From Zancudomyces culisetae HAW-14-8 (taxonomy: Eukaryota; Fungi; Kickxellomycota), in contig JBNJNM010000011.1 of NCBI GenBank assembly GCA_052426225.1, positions 3,472,001 to 3,536,000 of the forward strand: a stretch of 64,000 nt of DNA, in the 5' to 3' direction. Position numbers and translations under genes: made by a program. The notes under the pieces are model-generated. The model was not told the DNA's origin. It did no database searches and worked only from the letters and a program-made list of their open reading frames with translations. Within the stretch, counting starts at the first letter, position 1. Every line of letters begins with the position of its first letter. This document shows positions 1-9,780 of this stretch, in pieces.

Positions 1-2313
1 ATTAGGATGAACTTGGAGGACAGAGACAAGACAGCATTTTCGATTCCTGGGAGCGGCAGCTACTGTTATAATGTCATGCCATTTGGCTTGAGTAACAGCC
101 CCGCTTCATTTCAGAGATTAATGGAACAGGCATTATCCCCAGTGCTCTGGAAGACAGCGGTAGTCTTCATCGACGACATAATTATATTCTCGGAGACATT
201 AGATCAACACTTAGCGGATCTACAAGAAGTATTCAACTTACTGAGAGAGAGTCAAGTACAGTTACATAAAGGGAAATGCAAGTTAGGGATGAAGAGATTG
301 GAGTATCTAGGGCACGTAATCTCAACGGAGGGAATAAGCACGAGTCCTAGTAAGATATCAGCAATGATGGAAACAAAGGAGCCTACATCGGTCAAAGAGT
401 TGCAAGCATTCCTAGGACTAACGGGATACTACCGTAAGTTTGTAGTAGGGTACGCTACAACAGTTGCTCCTCTACTTAAGCTGCTGAAGAAGAATTGTGT
501 GTGGTCCTGGACAGAGGAATGTAGTGGTGCAGTGAAGGAGTTAAAAGATAAACTATGCGAGGCACCCACACTCTCACATCCAGATTGGAGCAGAGAGTTT
601 ATAGTTACGACTGATGCTAGCGTACAAGGAGTAGGTGCCATACTGTCACAGCAATTTCAAGAAGGAGAACGACCAATATCATATGTTAGCAGAATAACTA
701 ACCAGCACGAGAAAAACTACTCCGTTTCGCATCTCGAAGGACTGGCCGTGATCTGGGCCGTTAGCAAGTTCAAGTATTATTTATATGGTAAACATTTCGT
801 TATAAGAACCGATCATAAATCCCTTATACAATTATTTAATAGCAAAGATATCACGGGAAGAGTGGCACGGTGGGCCATGATTCTCAGGAATTATGACTAC
901 ACCATTGTGCACATAGAAGGAAAGTCGAATCCAGCCGACGCATTGTCCCGATTGGACGGACAAAAAGATAAAAGTACAGAAGAAGCAATAGACGTATTTG
1001 CAATGGACTATTTATATTATTCAGCAATCAAAGATTATTTGGAAAATTATAATTATCCATCAGGTGCAGACGAAGGGTTTAGGAAAAAACTTCGCAACAA
1101 AGCTAGCAAATACATTTTGAAGGATGAGCTACTATACCGGAAATCTAAAGGCGTCTTAAAAGAAGTACTGCATGAGAAAAACATCAAAGAGTCAATAAAA
1201 AAGATACACGAAGAATCCCATCTAGGTATTGAAAACACATGGAGAGTGGCGGCTCAAAAGTATTCAGGAGAAGGACTGTACGAAGTAGTTAAACGTGTGG
1301 TAATGGAGTGTTTAAACTGTCAGTATTACAAAGGCAATAGAGAGAAGAGGAGCAAGTTAAACCCGATTGTAGGAAGAGAGCCATTCGAGATATTCGGATT
1401 AGATGCGGTGGGGCCAATTAACCCCGTTTCCGCATCAGGAAACAGATTCATCTTGACAGGTATCGACTACCTAACCAAGTGGCCAGTTGCTCAAGCGGTA
1501 AGTAACATTAGGTCCGAAACCATTGTCAATTTTATTATAACTAAGATAGTTCAGAACTTCGGAGTGCCCAAGCAGATTATAACCGATCGAGGATCAGGAT
1601 TTTTAGGTGATGTGGCCCTCAAAGTATACGAATTTTTGCAAATTCGGCACACACCCACGACATCATATAGGCCGCAGTCAAACGGGCAGGTTGAGAGGCT
1701 CAACCAGACCCTCAAGAACGTGTTAGTTAAACAGTGTATGCACGATAAGGAAAATTGGGATGCCTATTTATGGAAGTCTCTCTTAGCAGTTCGTACAATG
1801 AGGAACAGAGTAACACAGCTTAGTCCAGCAGAGTTACTATACGGAGTTAAACTCACGACGCCTACAATTTGGACACCACCTCCAGAAGTAGATAACTTCG
1901 ATATGGCCATCAAAGAAAGGATTGAGAACATTAAAACTGATATTGAGGAATTGAGAGGAATTGGCTTGGAAAACAGTATCAAAGCAAAAGAGAAGGAGAA
2001 GATAATATATGACAAACGGGTAGTGGAATTTAGATTCAAGGTGAACGACTTAGTAATGAAGGCAAACGAACAACAGTTAAGCAAGCTAGAAAGATTATGG
2101 GAAGGCCCATACAAGGTAGAGCGAGTACTAAGGTACGGTACATATGTGATCTCAGATAACGAAGGAAATCGCGATCTAGTGCACGGCGATATGCTCAAAG
2201 CTTTCCATTACAGTCAGTTTATGGTACCGGAAGTATCCGTAACCCTCAAGTCAAAGTTGAAACGGTTTAGGGAGCGTGTGAGTCCAATCTGGGGTCGGGG
2301 TTCTGTCGTATAG
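1..2313 (+). CDS. Ty3/Gypsy pol polyprotein (RT C-terminal half, RNase H, integrase), 5' partial
   Basis: Frame open from base 1. RT motifs KTAF, MPFGLSNSPASFQ, FIDD, YLGH; RNase H TDAS...E...TDH; integrase HxxxH...CxxC, DDE (LDAVG, TDRG, GQVER) and GPY/F motif WEGPYKV; no chromodomain. Stop codon falls inside the LTR. Confidence 0.95.
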   Translation: MRMNLEDRDKTAFSIPGSGSYCYNVMPFGLSNSPASFQRLMEQALSPVLWKTAVVFIDDIIIFSETLDQHLADLQEVFNLLRESQVQLHKGKCKLGMKRLEYLGHVISTEGISTSPSKISAMMETKEPTSVKELQAFLGLTGYYRKFVVGYATTVAPLLKLLKKNCVWSWTEECSGAVKELKDKLCEAPTLSHPDWSREFIVTTDASVQGVGAILSQQFQEGERPISYVSRITNQHEKNYSVSHLEGLAVIWAVSKFKYYLYGKHFVIRTDHKSLIQLFNSKDITGRVARWAMILRNYDYTIVHIEGKSNPADALSRLDGQKDKSTEEAIDVFAMDYLYYSAIKDYLENYNYPSGADEGFRKKLRNKASKYILKDELLYRKSKGVLKEVLHEKNIKESIKKIHEESHLGIENTWRVAAQKYSGEGLYEVVKRVVMECLNCQYYKGNREKRSKLNPIVGREPFEIFGLDAVGPINPVSASGNRFILTGIDYLTKWPVAQAVSNIRSETIVNFIITKIVQNFGVPKQIITDRGSGFLGDVALKVYEFLQIRHTPTTSYRPQSNGQVERLNQTLKNVLVKQCMHDKENWDAYLWKSLLAVRTMRNRVTQLSPAELLYGVKLTTPTIWTPPPEVDNFDMAIKERIENIKTDIEELRGIGLENSIKAKEKEKIIYDKRVVEFRFKVNDLVMKANEQQLSKLERLWEGPYKVERVLRYGTYVISDNEGNRDLVHGDMLKAFHYSQFMVPEVSVTLKSKLKRFRERVSPIWGRGSVV

Positions 2314-2585
2314 AAATACGATTAGAAGGATAAGGGGAATTAGTCCCCGGTTTTATTTAAGTTGTTTTTAGTTATATTTATATGTTTAGATTGGACCTTT
2401 TTCCCCTTGTGGTTTTGTCCAATGGTTTTTTATTAGTTAGTTATTTTAGTTTAATTAGTCAAATATTTGGGGGTTAAATGAAGCTCCCACTGGGAAGAAA
2501 AAATAAAATCATCTTTATTCACAATTAGAAAAACAGTCTATTCTAGTAAAAGTTTATTATTAGTATTATAAAATAATACGATACA
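2304..2585 (+). repeat. 3' LTR (about 282 bp)
   Basis: Starts TGTCGTAT right after GGGGTCGGGGTTC, ends ATACGATACA (imperfect terminal inverted repeat); AATAAA near 2502. The 5' LTR is outside the window, so the right boundary is inferred. Confidence 0.65.
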
Positions 2586-2634
2586 GTAAACCAAATTAAA
2601 ATATATAACTATACTTTTTATTCATCAAAAAATA

Positions 2635-2706
2635 TCCGCAATGGTCTAGTGGCTAGGATCCGACGCTCTCACCGTCGTGGCCGGGGTTCGATTCCCCGTT
2701 GCGGAA
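2635..2706 (+). tRNA. tRNA-Glu(CTC)
   Basis: 72 nt cloverleaf: acceptor TCCGCAA/TTGCGGA, anticodon arm CGACG-CT-CTC-AC-CGTCG, T-loop GGTTCGATTCC. Confidence 0.97.
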
Positions 2707-2708
2707 AA

Positions 2709-2780
2709 AGCACCATAGCGCAGAGGAAGCGCGCAAGGCTCATAACCTTGAGGTCCCTAGATCGAAACTAGGTGGTGCTA
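2709..2780 (+). tRNA. initiator tRNA-Met(CAT)
   Basis: 72 nt: acceptor AGCACCA/TGGTGCT with A1-U72, anticodon CAT, initiator-type T-loop GATCGAAAC (A54, A60). Confidence 0.95.
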
Positions 2781-2783
2781 AGC

Positions 2784-2796
2784 TTTTGTCTTTTTT
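2784..2796 (+). terminator. RNA Pol III terminator (T4 then T6) for the tRNA pair
   Basis: TTTT at 2784-2787 and TTTTTT at 2791-2796 immediately after tRNA-iMet; no T-run between the two tRNAs. Confidence 0.75.
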
Positions 2797-4301
2797 GCAT
2801 TTACTTTTGGCAGCATTTTTATTATACTAACTAGACATATTTTATTTTGGTAGAAACAACCAATATTCTATTGTTTTGAAAAAAAAGTCTTATAATACAT
2901 TGTGTGAGATAGCAGTATAATTTAGCGAGGTATAAAACGTGAGAAATTGAAAGCTACTATATTTACTCCGGTAAAAGTCATATAAATATTATTTGATGGC
3001 AACCAGAACTAGTAAAGTCTTTCGTAGGCCGAATATAATAAAAACACCAGTGTTATATGCCAAAATTGATCTTGAACCTGGTTGAACATATCACTTAAAA
3101 GATACTGCAAAATAACCGAGTGTTACATGTTCTTTAATACCAGTAAAGATTAAATTCATCACTAATACAGTTTTCATCTCTTAATGCTTTCTTTTTTTTT
3201 GGATGGACATTGTTGACGAAGTGTAGAGATACTACAAAGCTTCTATATACTACTAGGTACAGTAACTCTTATGACTACCTTACTAGATTTACGGCACATG
3301 GCTTAATGATGATGGCTGGATTTTTATCATGCTCAACGTAACAGTTCATCCAATGTTGGTAATTTCCGGCTCAATGTATTGCTTATTTACCACTAGCCTT
3401 TTCTGTGAAAAATTCCACATGACTACACCGTGTTGTAACATACTTTCTTGTATTACACACTTTTTTTTTAAGGCCACGATTATACAGTACTACATGCTTA
3501 CTAATATTAGTTCTCAAGAACTGAATAGCTTTGCTCGAGGAGCTTCTGATAAAAGATAAAAAGTACTTAACATAGGGAACTTTTTCTAAGGGATACATTA
3601 GATGGAAAAAATTAGTTGCGCTAGCTAACTTGCAATAAAAAAATTCTTTTTTTTTTTAGGAACAATACACAAGTTGATGTTTTTATTTTTATTTTTTTAA
3701 TTTCATTTATTACAATTTCGATTCTTTTGGAACTATTTATTCGAACGGATTAATGGAAAGTCTAAATTCATTGGGAAATTTGGCAATAATTGTAACGAAA
3801 AAACAATAACCGAATAGGAAATTTTAATCATACAGACCACTTTTACTTCCAAAGCAAAAATACTTACTATTGAGACTATATTTAAGAATAAATAGCAAAA
3901 AAAAAGTAACCACAAAGGAATCTATCAAGACTACAACTTGAAACACAAGATAAGTCTGAATAAAGCCAGCTTTTTGTGGGAATACTGGTGAATCAGCCGG
4001 TGCGATGAAAAATAAATAAAAGAACTTTGTTTAATTATTGCATTTTATAGCACAACAAAATATTAACAAAAACAACGAAGAGACTACATTTCCAATCGCG
4101 CATATAGTTTTATCTCAAAATAGCGCATAGGGATAACTTTGTTTTCCGTAAATTATAGTGACTTTATCGGAAACTAATTTCAACGAGATTTAACCAACAC
4201 AAGTAAATAATGTGCTAGAACGAGGAAAAGACTTAGCTGTAGTTGAATCTTTTAAGAGAAAACTAATGTTAATACAGGTATACAGCAAAGAGAATACGAA
4301 A

Positions 4302-7300
4302 ATGGAGCAAGTAAGTGAATGTGTGAAGCAAGGGGAAGCGGAAGTAGAAAAACAGAGTCTGATGGAGGATAGTGCAGCAGATTCTGTTAGAGAAACGACA
4401 GACGAAGAGGGCAGAGAGCAAATTACGGAGTATAAGAGAACTGAGGTGTGGCAAGAGTCGGAGAAGTGCGATAGCGATAATGGTGGTGGTATTGTAAGTA
4501 GTGCTAGGAGTAGCAGTATCAGTAGTAACAGCAATAGCAATAGCAATAGCAATATCGATAGTGGTGGTGATAGAAAATCGTACCAACTGAACCCAACAGA
4601 TAAAAAAATGAGAAAAGATCAGCTAAAGCTACGATTAGGGGCAAGAGGAAGTAAACCAGCAAAAACCGAGAGGGAAGATGCTCTTTCTCAATTTGATATT
4701 ATATATAAACGTCACAATAGTATATTCATACTGAAGCGGGTTTGGGTGGCAAAGGAGATTCGAAAAATAATCAAAAAGGTATCAACAGAAGACGCGTTGT
4801 GTTTTTTGATACCAATTTTTATGAAGCTCGGAGAAGATGACAATTCAGTGGTTAACGAGGCTATGGCACAAAATATACTTCCAATAATTAGGTATTATTT
4901 CGAAAACTATGCAGAATATCAAAAGTATTTAAAAACTCGTGTACAAGACGAAGGAAAAGTACAGTGCAGCGGCGATAATAAAAATGTTGAGAATGAGGGT
5001 AATATTTCAATTGAACAGCCAGAGATGAGTGGAGAAACGATGGGACAGAAAGGAAAAGGAAAAGGAAAAGGAACGGAGCGAGAGGGAAATGAGGTGGTAA
5101 AGGAAAAGGGGAAGGGAAAGGGGAAAGGGAGGGGGGAAGAGGTGTTTGAGAGAAAGATGCCCTCGGCCACGAATCTTCAAGAGTGGTTGCAGAGGTTGAT
5201 ATTGTCTACAAACATCAAAGTTGCTAGCTGTGTTCAACACGCAATGGTGATGGCGGGGAAAGATTTGAGTTTTGAGGCGTACCATACCCACATTTTGCAT
5301 GGAGTGATACTGGCTTTAGAAAAGAGGGATATAACAGAAAAGCGTGATATAATTGTAAAGGGAAGAAGCCAACAAACCAAAACACTGGTACAGGCGGAAA
5401 ATTCTGGGCCGGAAAGAGCTGGAGGTGGGACAAAAAGGATTGGTGATGCAAAGATGGAAGGCTCGAGTACAGTTGGATCCAGACTTTCAGACTTTTTTGG
5501 GTTGTTTTCTGGCGAATCTGAAAATGGTGAGGGAGTAGGAACAGAAACAGAAACAGAAACAGGAGGGTCTCCTATTAAGCCACCTGAAGAGTTTAACGAG
5601 TCACGTAGGCTGAAAAGACTTACCACCAAAGGAAGAGAGGAAAAGTCATTGAACGACGAATTAAAGCTTTTTCAAATAGCAATGATGGCTCAAAGCGGAA
5701 GGACATCAGAGGACGACGAAGAGGTGTACGAGAGACAAAGGATAAAGAGAATAAAAGCAATGCTGCATATGATTTCGATGGTTGCAGATGAATACGGAAG
5801 GAGCATCAAGCCAGCTGTGTTCGTTCCAGTTGTGGAAAGAGCGAGCAAAGATAAGTCGTATGAGGTTCGTAGATCAGCAGCAAAAGCAGTTGGGGCGTTG
5901 AGTAGTGTGGTTTCAAGGGAGTTGGCATATGATATTTTGTACCCAGTGTTTGTATCTCTTGTGCAAGATGAAAATTGGAGAGTGAGGCGGGTTGCCGCGT
6001 GTGATGGATTGCCTGGGCTAGCCTCAGTGCTTTCGCCACCTATGTCGATTGTGGAGGTTGGGAAAGTCGAGAAAACCGCAAGTACATTTCCTTGGCCATT
6101 TCTGGGGTTGAAAAAGAGCGGATGGGCAACAGGAGGCAAAGAGGCAGTTGTAGAGCCAAAAATACAAGTGCCTATAAATAGAATTCGGTCGGAGGAACCT
6201 GTGGCTGACGAGAATAACGAGAAGCAGAATATGAGCGGATGGCTTTTGGGCAAAAGATGGAGCGGAAAGGTCAATCCTGTGCAGAATGACTCGTCTGGCG
6301 GAATTCAGCCACGGCTTGTGGGTGCAAACAGCAGCGATACCAAATATGTAGGCGAAAAGAAATGGATACAGCTGATAGAAAGGCTCACAAGCAGTAAAGA
6401 GTCTAATGAAAGAGTAAAAATGGCAGTGTTTGAGGGTATAGGAAAGCTCTTTATAGCTTTTGCAAATGCACCAAAGTTGAGAGACTTTTTGATAGTGTTA
6501 GTAAACCAACATGTGACAAAAGCGGCGAATGCTTATGAGGCACAAAGGGCGAGCAATGTAAGTATAATGACTCTTGATTTGGATAGTGACGGAGGGGATC
6601 AAGATGACGAAGACGAAGGAGGGTATGGAGATGGGGCGTTTGGAGAGCTGATAGGGAATGTGATAGATCTGGGTGAGTTCAGCAACATGGATAGCAGCAT
6701 TGACAGCACAAGTAACCAAGGGTTGTCAATTCCAAGAAATGTGGATGGGATATGGATTCCCTCAAAGTCAAGCGGAGGGCCAGGAAATCTTTCACTAAGC
6801 CATCGCTCAAGTTCTGTAAATATTCTATCAGGTGAAAGCCATCGTAACAGCAGTATTTTATTTCATGTGGCATACAATTTCCCGGCTATCCTGCAAGCTG
6901 TGGGCTCTCATATGTGGGACCGGCTTAGAGATACATATAATTTTCTGGTGAAAGTTGAGGATTTTACGGTACGTAGAACATTGGCGTGTTCGCTGCACGT
7001 GATAGCCAGAATACTATCCACGCCTACACTTTCCGAATACCAGTCCATCGATTTGCCTTTATTTGCAGCAAGTGGTGGTATGGCAACAAAAAAAGTTCAG
7101 GATGACATCGCTATAGAAGCATCGAGAGCCAGAGTGGTGGTTAGCGAGCCAACATTTTATAACACGAGAGAAGGAGACTTGGTGGATGGAGCGACAGGTC
7201 ATTCCGGGAACAACAATACTGACCAACTCGAGCAGGTTTTTTGTTTGTTCTTGTTGGAGGTTGATGAGGTAAAGATGTATTTGTTAAAAAACCTGGCAGA

Positions 7301-9737
7301 GACACTGAGGTATTTTGAAATCAACTCGCGACTTCGGTGCCTACCAATGGTTTTACAGGTGTTTCGACACGACAGTAGGTTGTGGCGTACGCGTGAAATT
7401 ATGGCAACGCAGTTGGTTAAGCTGTGCAACTTGTTTCCACCACACGTGCTGGTCAATCAGCTACTTCCTGTGACTATGGAATGGGCCAAGGATCCTGTTG
7501 CTGGAGTTCGGGAAAGTGTGGCGCCAGCATTTCCAATTTTATTTAGTAAAGCGAAAAACGATCCCGAATTACTAGTCAAATATTTCCAGGCGGTGATAGA
7601 ATTTTCACATTCAAATACGTTTAGAGGACGGATGTTTTTTATTCAGATATGTTCAGCGTTATTGGCACGCGATGGAGCGGATCCAGCATCCGACCCTGTG
7701 GATTTTGATCAGTTTTTCTTGCCGTCTTTGGCGTCGCTGGCGAGTGACAAAGTGGTGAATGTTCGGATTGCATTGGCAAGATTAGTGCGTAGAATGTTGG
7801 AAAACCGAGAGAGAAAAGATAGTCTATCGACGATTTTTGATCAAAATTTTTATAATTTGGTTAAGGAAAGCGACAGTAAACAAATTGCATTGGAATGCAA
7901 ATTTGATGAATTGGTGGAACGCCGAGGAATTAACCAACTGATATATAGACTTTATGGTCAACACAGTAAATACTGGAGAACGATCAAAAACAATAATAAA
8001 AATAAAAGTAAGGATAACACTATGAGTGGGAATAAGGGTAATATTAGGAGTAGGAGTAGGAGTAGGAGTAGGAGTAGGAGTTTGATGGATCTGACAGTAT
8101 TGGACAGGCTGGGTAACCATAAAACCAACACCTATCGCAAAAAGAAGCATTATTTTTCGACATCTTTGATTGATCTTAGACAAAAATATTCACAAAAACA
8201 AACACAGACACAGACAGATACGACTGATAAGCAAGGACAATTAGAGTGTTCAAGGGGCGTAAAAACCAAAAAAGCAAAATCTTTCAATAATAGAAAAGCG
8301 ATGATAGAAATGTTTAAGGAGTTTAGCAAGGAGATGGACAAGCTATTTGTTGTAAACGGGGATGAAAGGTTTAGTGGTGATAGTGAGGATAATAAAACAT
8401 CACAAGGGATTGTATTTCCAAAGATAGAAGAATCAAAAAAAAGCAATCCTGGTAAAATCCATCTTGGTGAATCTGATTATGAATCTGATTATGAGTATGA
8501 GTATGAATCCGAATATCAATCTGAGTATGACTCTGACTTTAGGGAACAGAGTAAATATGAAAAAGTGAACAGGGACAGGAGTAGTTCAACTCGAACGCAG
8601 TTATTAGCTTCTATGGTACGAATTCTGGCAGCTGATAAGGATGGTGATGTTTTGGAGCAGTTGGAGGATATCCTGCCGGCAAAGATGCTTATTAGACAAC
8701 GTAAGGGGGTGGCTTCTGACAATATAAGTAATAAAGATACCAATAATGACAATGTTTCTTATAAGAATCAAGGGCAAGGTGATAAAATCCAAGGTGAGGA
8801 TAAAGATTATGATGGAAATTTTGATAATTGGGGAGAGAAAAAAGTAAACGATAATTTGGATATACATTTAGAGGGTGAAGGGGTAGGGACAACCAAGAAG
8901 CAATATTATGAAGACGAAGCCGATGATATTGATTCAAGCAAAAAAAAAGTAGAATTTCCTGGGAGAGATAGCTTAGAGATTGGATTGAATCAATTTGGTA
9001 AAGGAGAAAACGAAGGGGAAAACGAAGGAGAAAACGAAATTGGGAGTGATGACAAGAGTATCAATATAGGGAAGAGTGGTGAGTACATGGGTAAAAGCAT
9101 CATCCGGACAAGAAGTAAAAGCTGCACTTCAACACCACCAAAAAAGGCAGCTCTGAACAACATGCGGCTTGAAGAAAGAACTGATGGGCAAGAGTTTAAC
9201 CAGTACTCGATTGACTTCAATTCAAGGGATTCCAGTAGTATCATAACGACTTCATCTACTTTTCTAAAGTATATCAATGCCAAAAATCCCGGTCGAGGTA
9301 TCTTTGAAGATGGAGAAGAAGGAAAAGGTAGAATAATGAGGACTGTTAATGGAGCTGGTGGTATTACTGGAACCATCATTGGTAATGATAATAATAATAA
9401 TACTAATATTAATAATAATAATAATGACCGAAATGGTAAAAATAATAATGGTACTGGTAACGGTAACGGTAATGGAGGAAGTAAGAAAATTGGTATGGGT
9501 ATGGGCATGGGTATGAATATGAATATGGGTATAAGTATTGATAATGACGAGTTTGGAAAGATAGACAATGAAGAAAAGATTTTATTGGCAGCAACCAGGG
9601 CGGGATTAAATGCGAATGGACTAGTTAGGTTTGGACATCACCATGGCGAAGGAAGCAAAAAGAAAATTTATAGACATACAAGATCATCATCATCAGGGAA
9701 TATATCAGTAGACCAAACATATTTTAGCAAACAATAA
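4302..9737 (+). CDS. HEAT-repeat protein, PP4 regulatory subunit 1-like (PP2A A-subunit fold) with long low-complexity insertions
   Basis: HEAT signatures (DKSYEVRRSAA, DENWRVRRVAA, WRTRE, DPVAGVRE, DKVVNVRIALA); AYNFPAILQAVG...VRRTLACSLH resembles PP4R1. ATG at 4302 chosen (another in-frame ATG at 4266). Confidence 0.8.
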   Translation: MEQVSECVKQGEAEVEKQSLMEDSAADSVRETTDEEGREQITEYKRTEVWQESEKCDSDNGGGIVSSARSSSISSNSNSNSNSNIDSGGDRKSYQLNPTDKKMRKDQLKLRLGARGSKPAKTEREDALSQFDIIYKRHNSIFILKRVWVAKEIRKIIKKVSTEDALCFLIPIFMKLGEDDNSVVNEAMAQNILPIIRYYFENYAEYQKYLKTRVQDEGKVQCSGDNKNVENEGNISIEQPEMSGETMGQKGKGKGKGTEREGNEVVKEKGKGKGKGRGEEVFERKMPSATNLQEWLQRLILSTNIKVASCVQHAMVMAGKDLSFEAYHTHILHGVILALEKRDITEKRDIIVKGRSQQTKTLVQAENSGPERAGGGTKRIGDAKMEGSSTVGSRLSDFFGLFSGESENGEGVGTETETETGGSPIKPPEEFNESRRLKRLTTKGREEKSLNDELKLFQIAMMAQSGRTSEDDEEVYERQRIKRIKAMLHMISMVADEYGRSIKPAVFVPVVERASKDKSYEVRRSAAKAVGALSSVVSRELAYDILYPVFVSLVQDENWRVRRVAACDGLPGLASVLSPPMSIVEVGKVEKTASTFPWPFLGLKKSGWATGGKEAVVEPKIQVPINRIRSEEPVADENNEKQNMSGWLLGKRWSGKVNPVQNDSSGGIQPRLVGANSSDTKYVGEKKWIQLIERLTSSKESNERVKMAVFEGIGKLFIAFANAPKLRDFLIVLVNQHVTKAANAYEAQRASNVSIMTLDLDSDGGDQDDEDEGGYGDGAFGELIGNVIDLGEFSNMDSSIDSTSNQGLSIPRNVDGIWIPSKSSGGPGNLSLSHRSSSVNILSGESHRNSSILFHVAYNFPAILQAVGSHMWDRLRDTYNFLVKVEDFTVRRTLACSLHVIARILSTPTLSEYQSIDLPLFAASGGMATKKVQDDIAIEASRARVVVSEPTFYNTREGDLVDGATGHSGNNNTDQLEQVFCLFLLEVDEVKMYLLKNLAETLRYFEINSRLRCLPMVLQVFRHDSRLWRTREIMATQLVKLCNLFPPHVLVNQLLPVTMEWAKDPVAGVRESVAPAFPILFSKAKNDPELLVKYFQAVIEFSHSNTFRGRMFFIQICSALLARDGADPASDPVDFDQFFLPSLASLASDKVVNVRIALARLVRRMLENRERKDSLSTIFDQNFYNLVKESDSKQIALECKFDELVERRGINQLIYRLYGQHSKYWRTIKNNNKNKSKDNTMSGNKGNIRSRSRSRSRSRSLMDLTVLDRLGNHKTNTYRKKKHYFSTSLIDLRQKYSQKQTQTQTDTTDKQGQLECSRGVKTKKAKSFNNRKAMIEMFKEFSKEMDKLFVVNGDERFSGDSEDNKTSQGIVFPKIEESKKSNPGKIHLGESDYESDYEYEYESEYQSEYDSDFREQSKYEKVNRDRSSSTRTQLLASMVRILAADKDGDVLEQLEDILPAKMLIRQRKGVASDNISNKDTNNDNVSYKNQGQGDKIQGEDKDYDGNFDNWGEKKVNDNLDIHLEGEGVGTTKKQYYEDEADDIDSSKKKVEFPGRDSLEIGLNQFGKGENEGENEGENEIGSDDKSINIGKSGEYMGKSIIRTRSKSCTSTPPKKAALNNMRLEERTDGQEFNQYSIDFNSRDSSSIITTSSTFLKYINAKNPGRGIFEDGEEGKGRIMRTVNGAGGITGTIIGNDNNNNTNINNNNNDRNGKNNNGTGNGNGNGGSKKIGMGMGMGMNMNMGISIDNDEFGKIDNEEKILLAATRAGLNANGLVRFGHHHGEGSKKKIYRHTRSSSSGNISVDQTYFSKQ

Positions 9738-9780
9738 AGAAATATTTATAAACAAACATACAAAGAAAGAAAAAACAAAG

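Larger units (their letters stand above)
1..2585 (+). mobile_element. Ty3/Gypsy LTR retrotransposon, 3' portion (truncated by window start)
   Basis: Pol domain order RT-RNaseH-integrase, followed by a G-rich PPT (2291-2300) and a TGT...ACA-bounded LTR. Confidence 0.93.

Noticed and set aside
3329-3915. Short ORFs and an ATGATGA (3306) between the tRNAs and the PP4R1-like gene
   Set aside because: No recognisable motifs; no box D at a suitable distance and no identifiable guide
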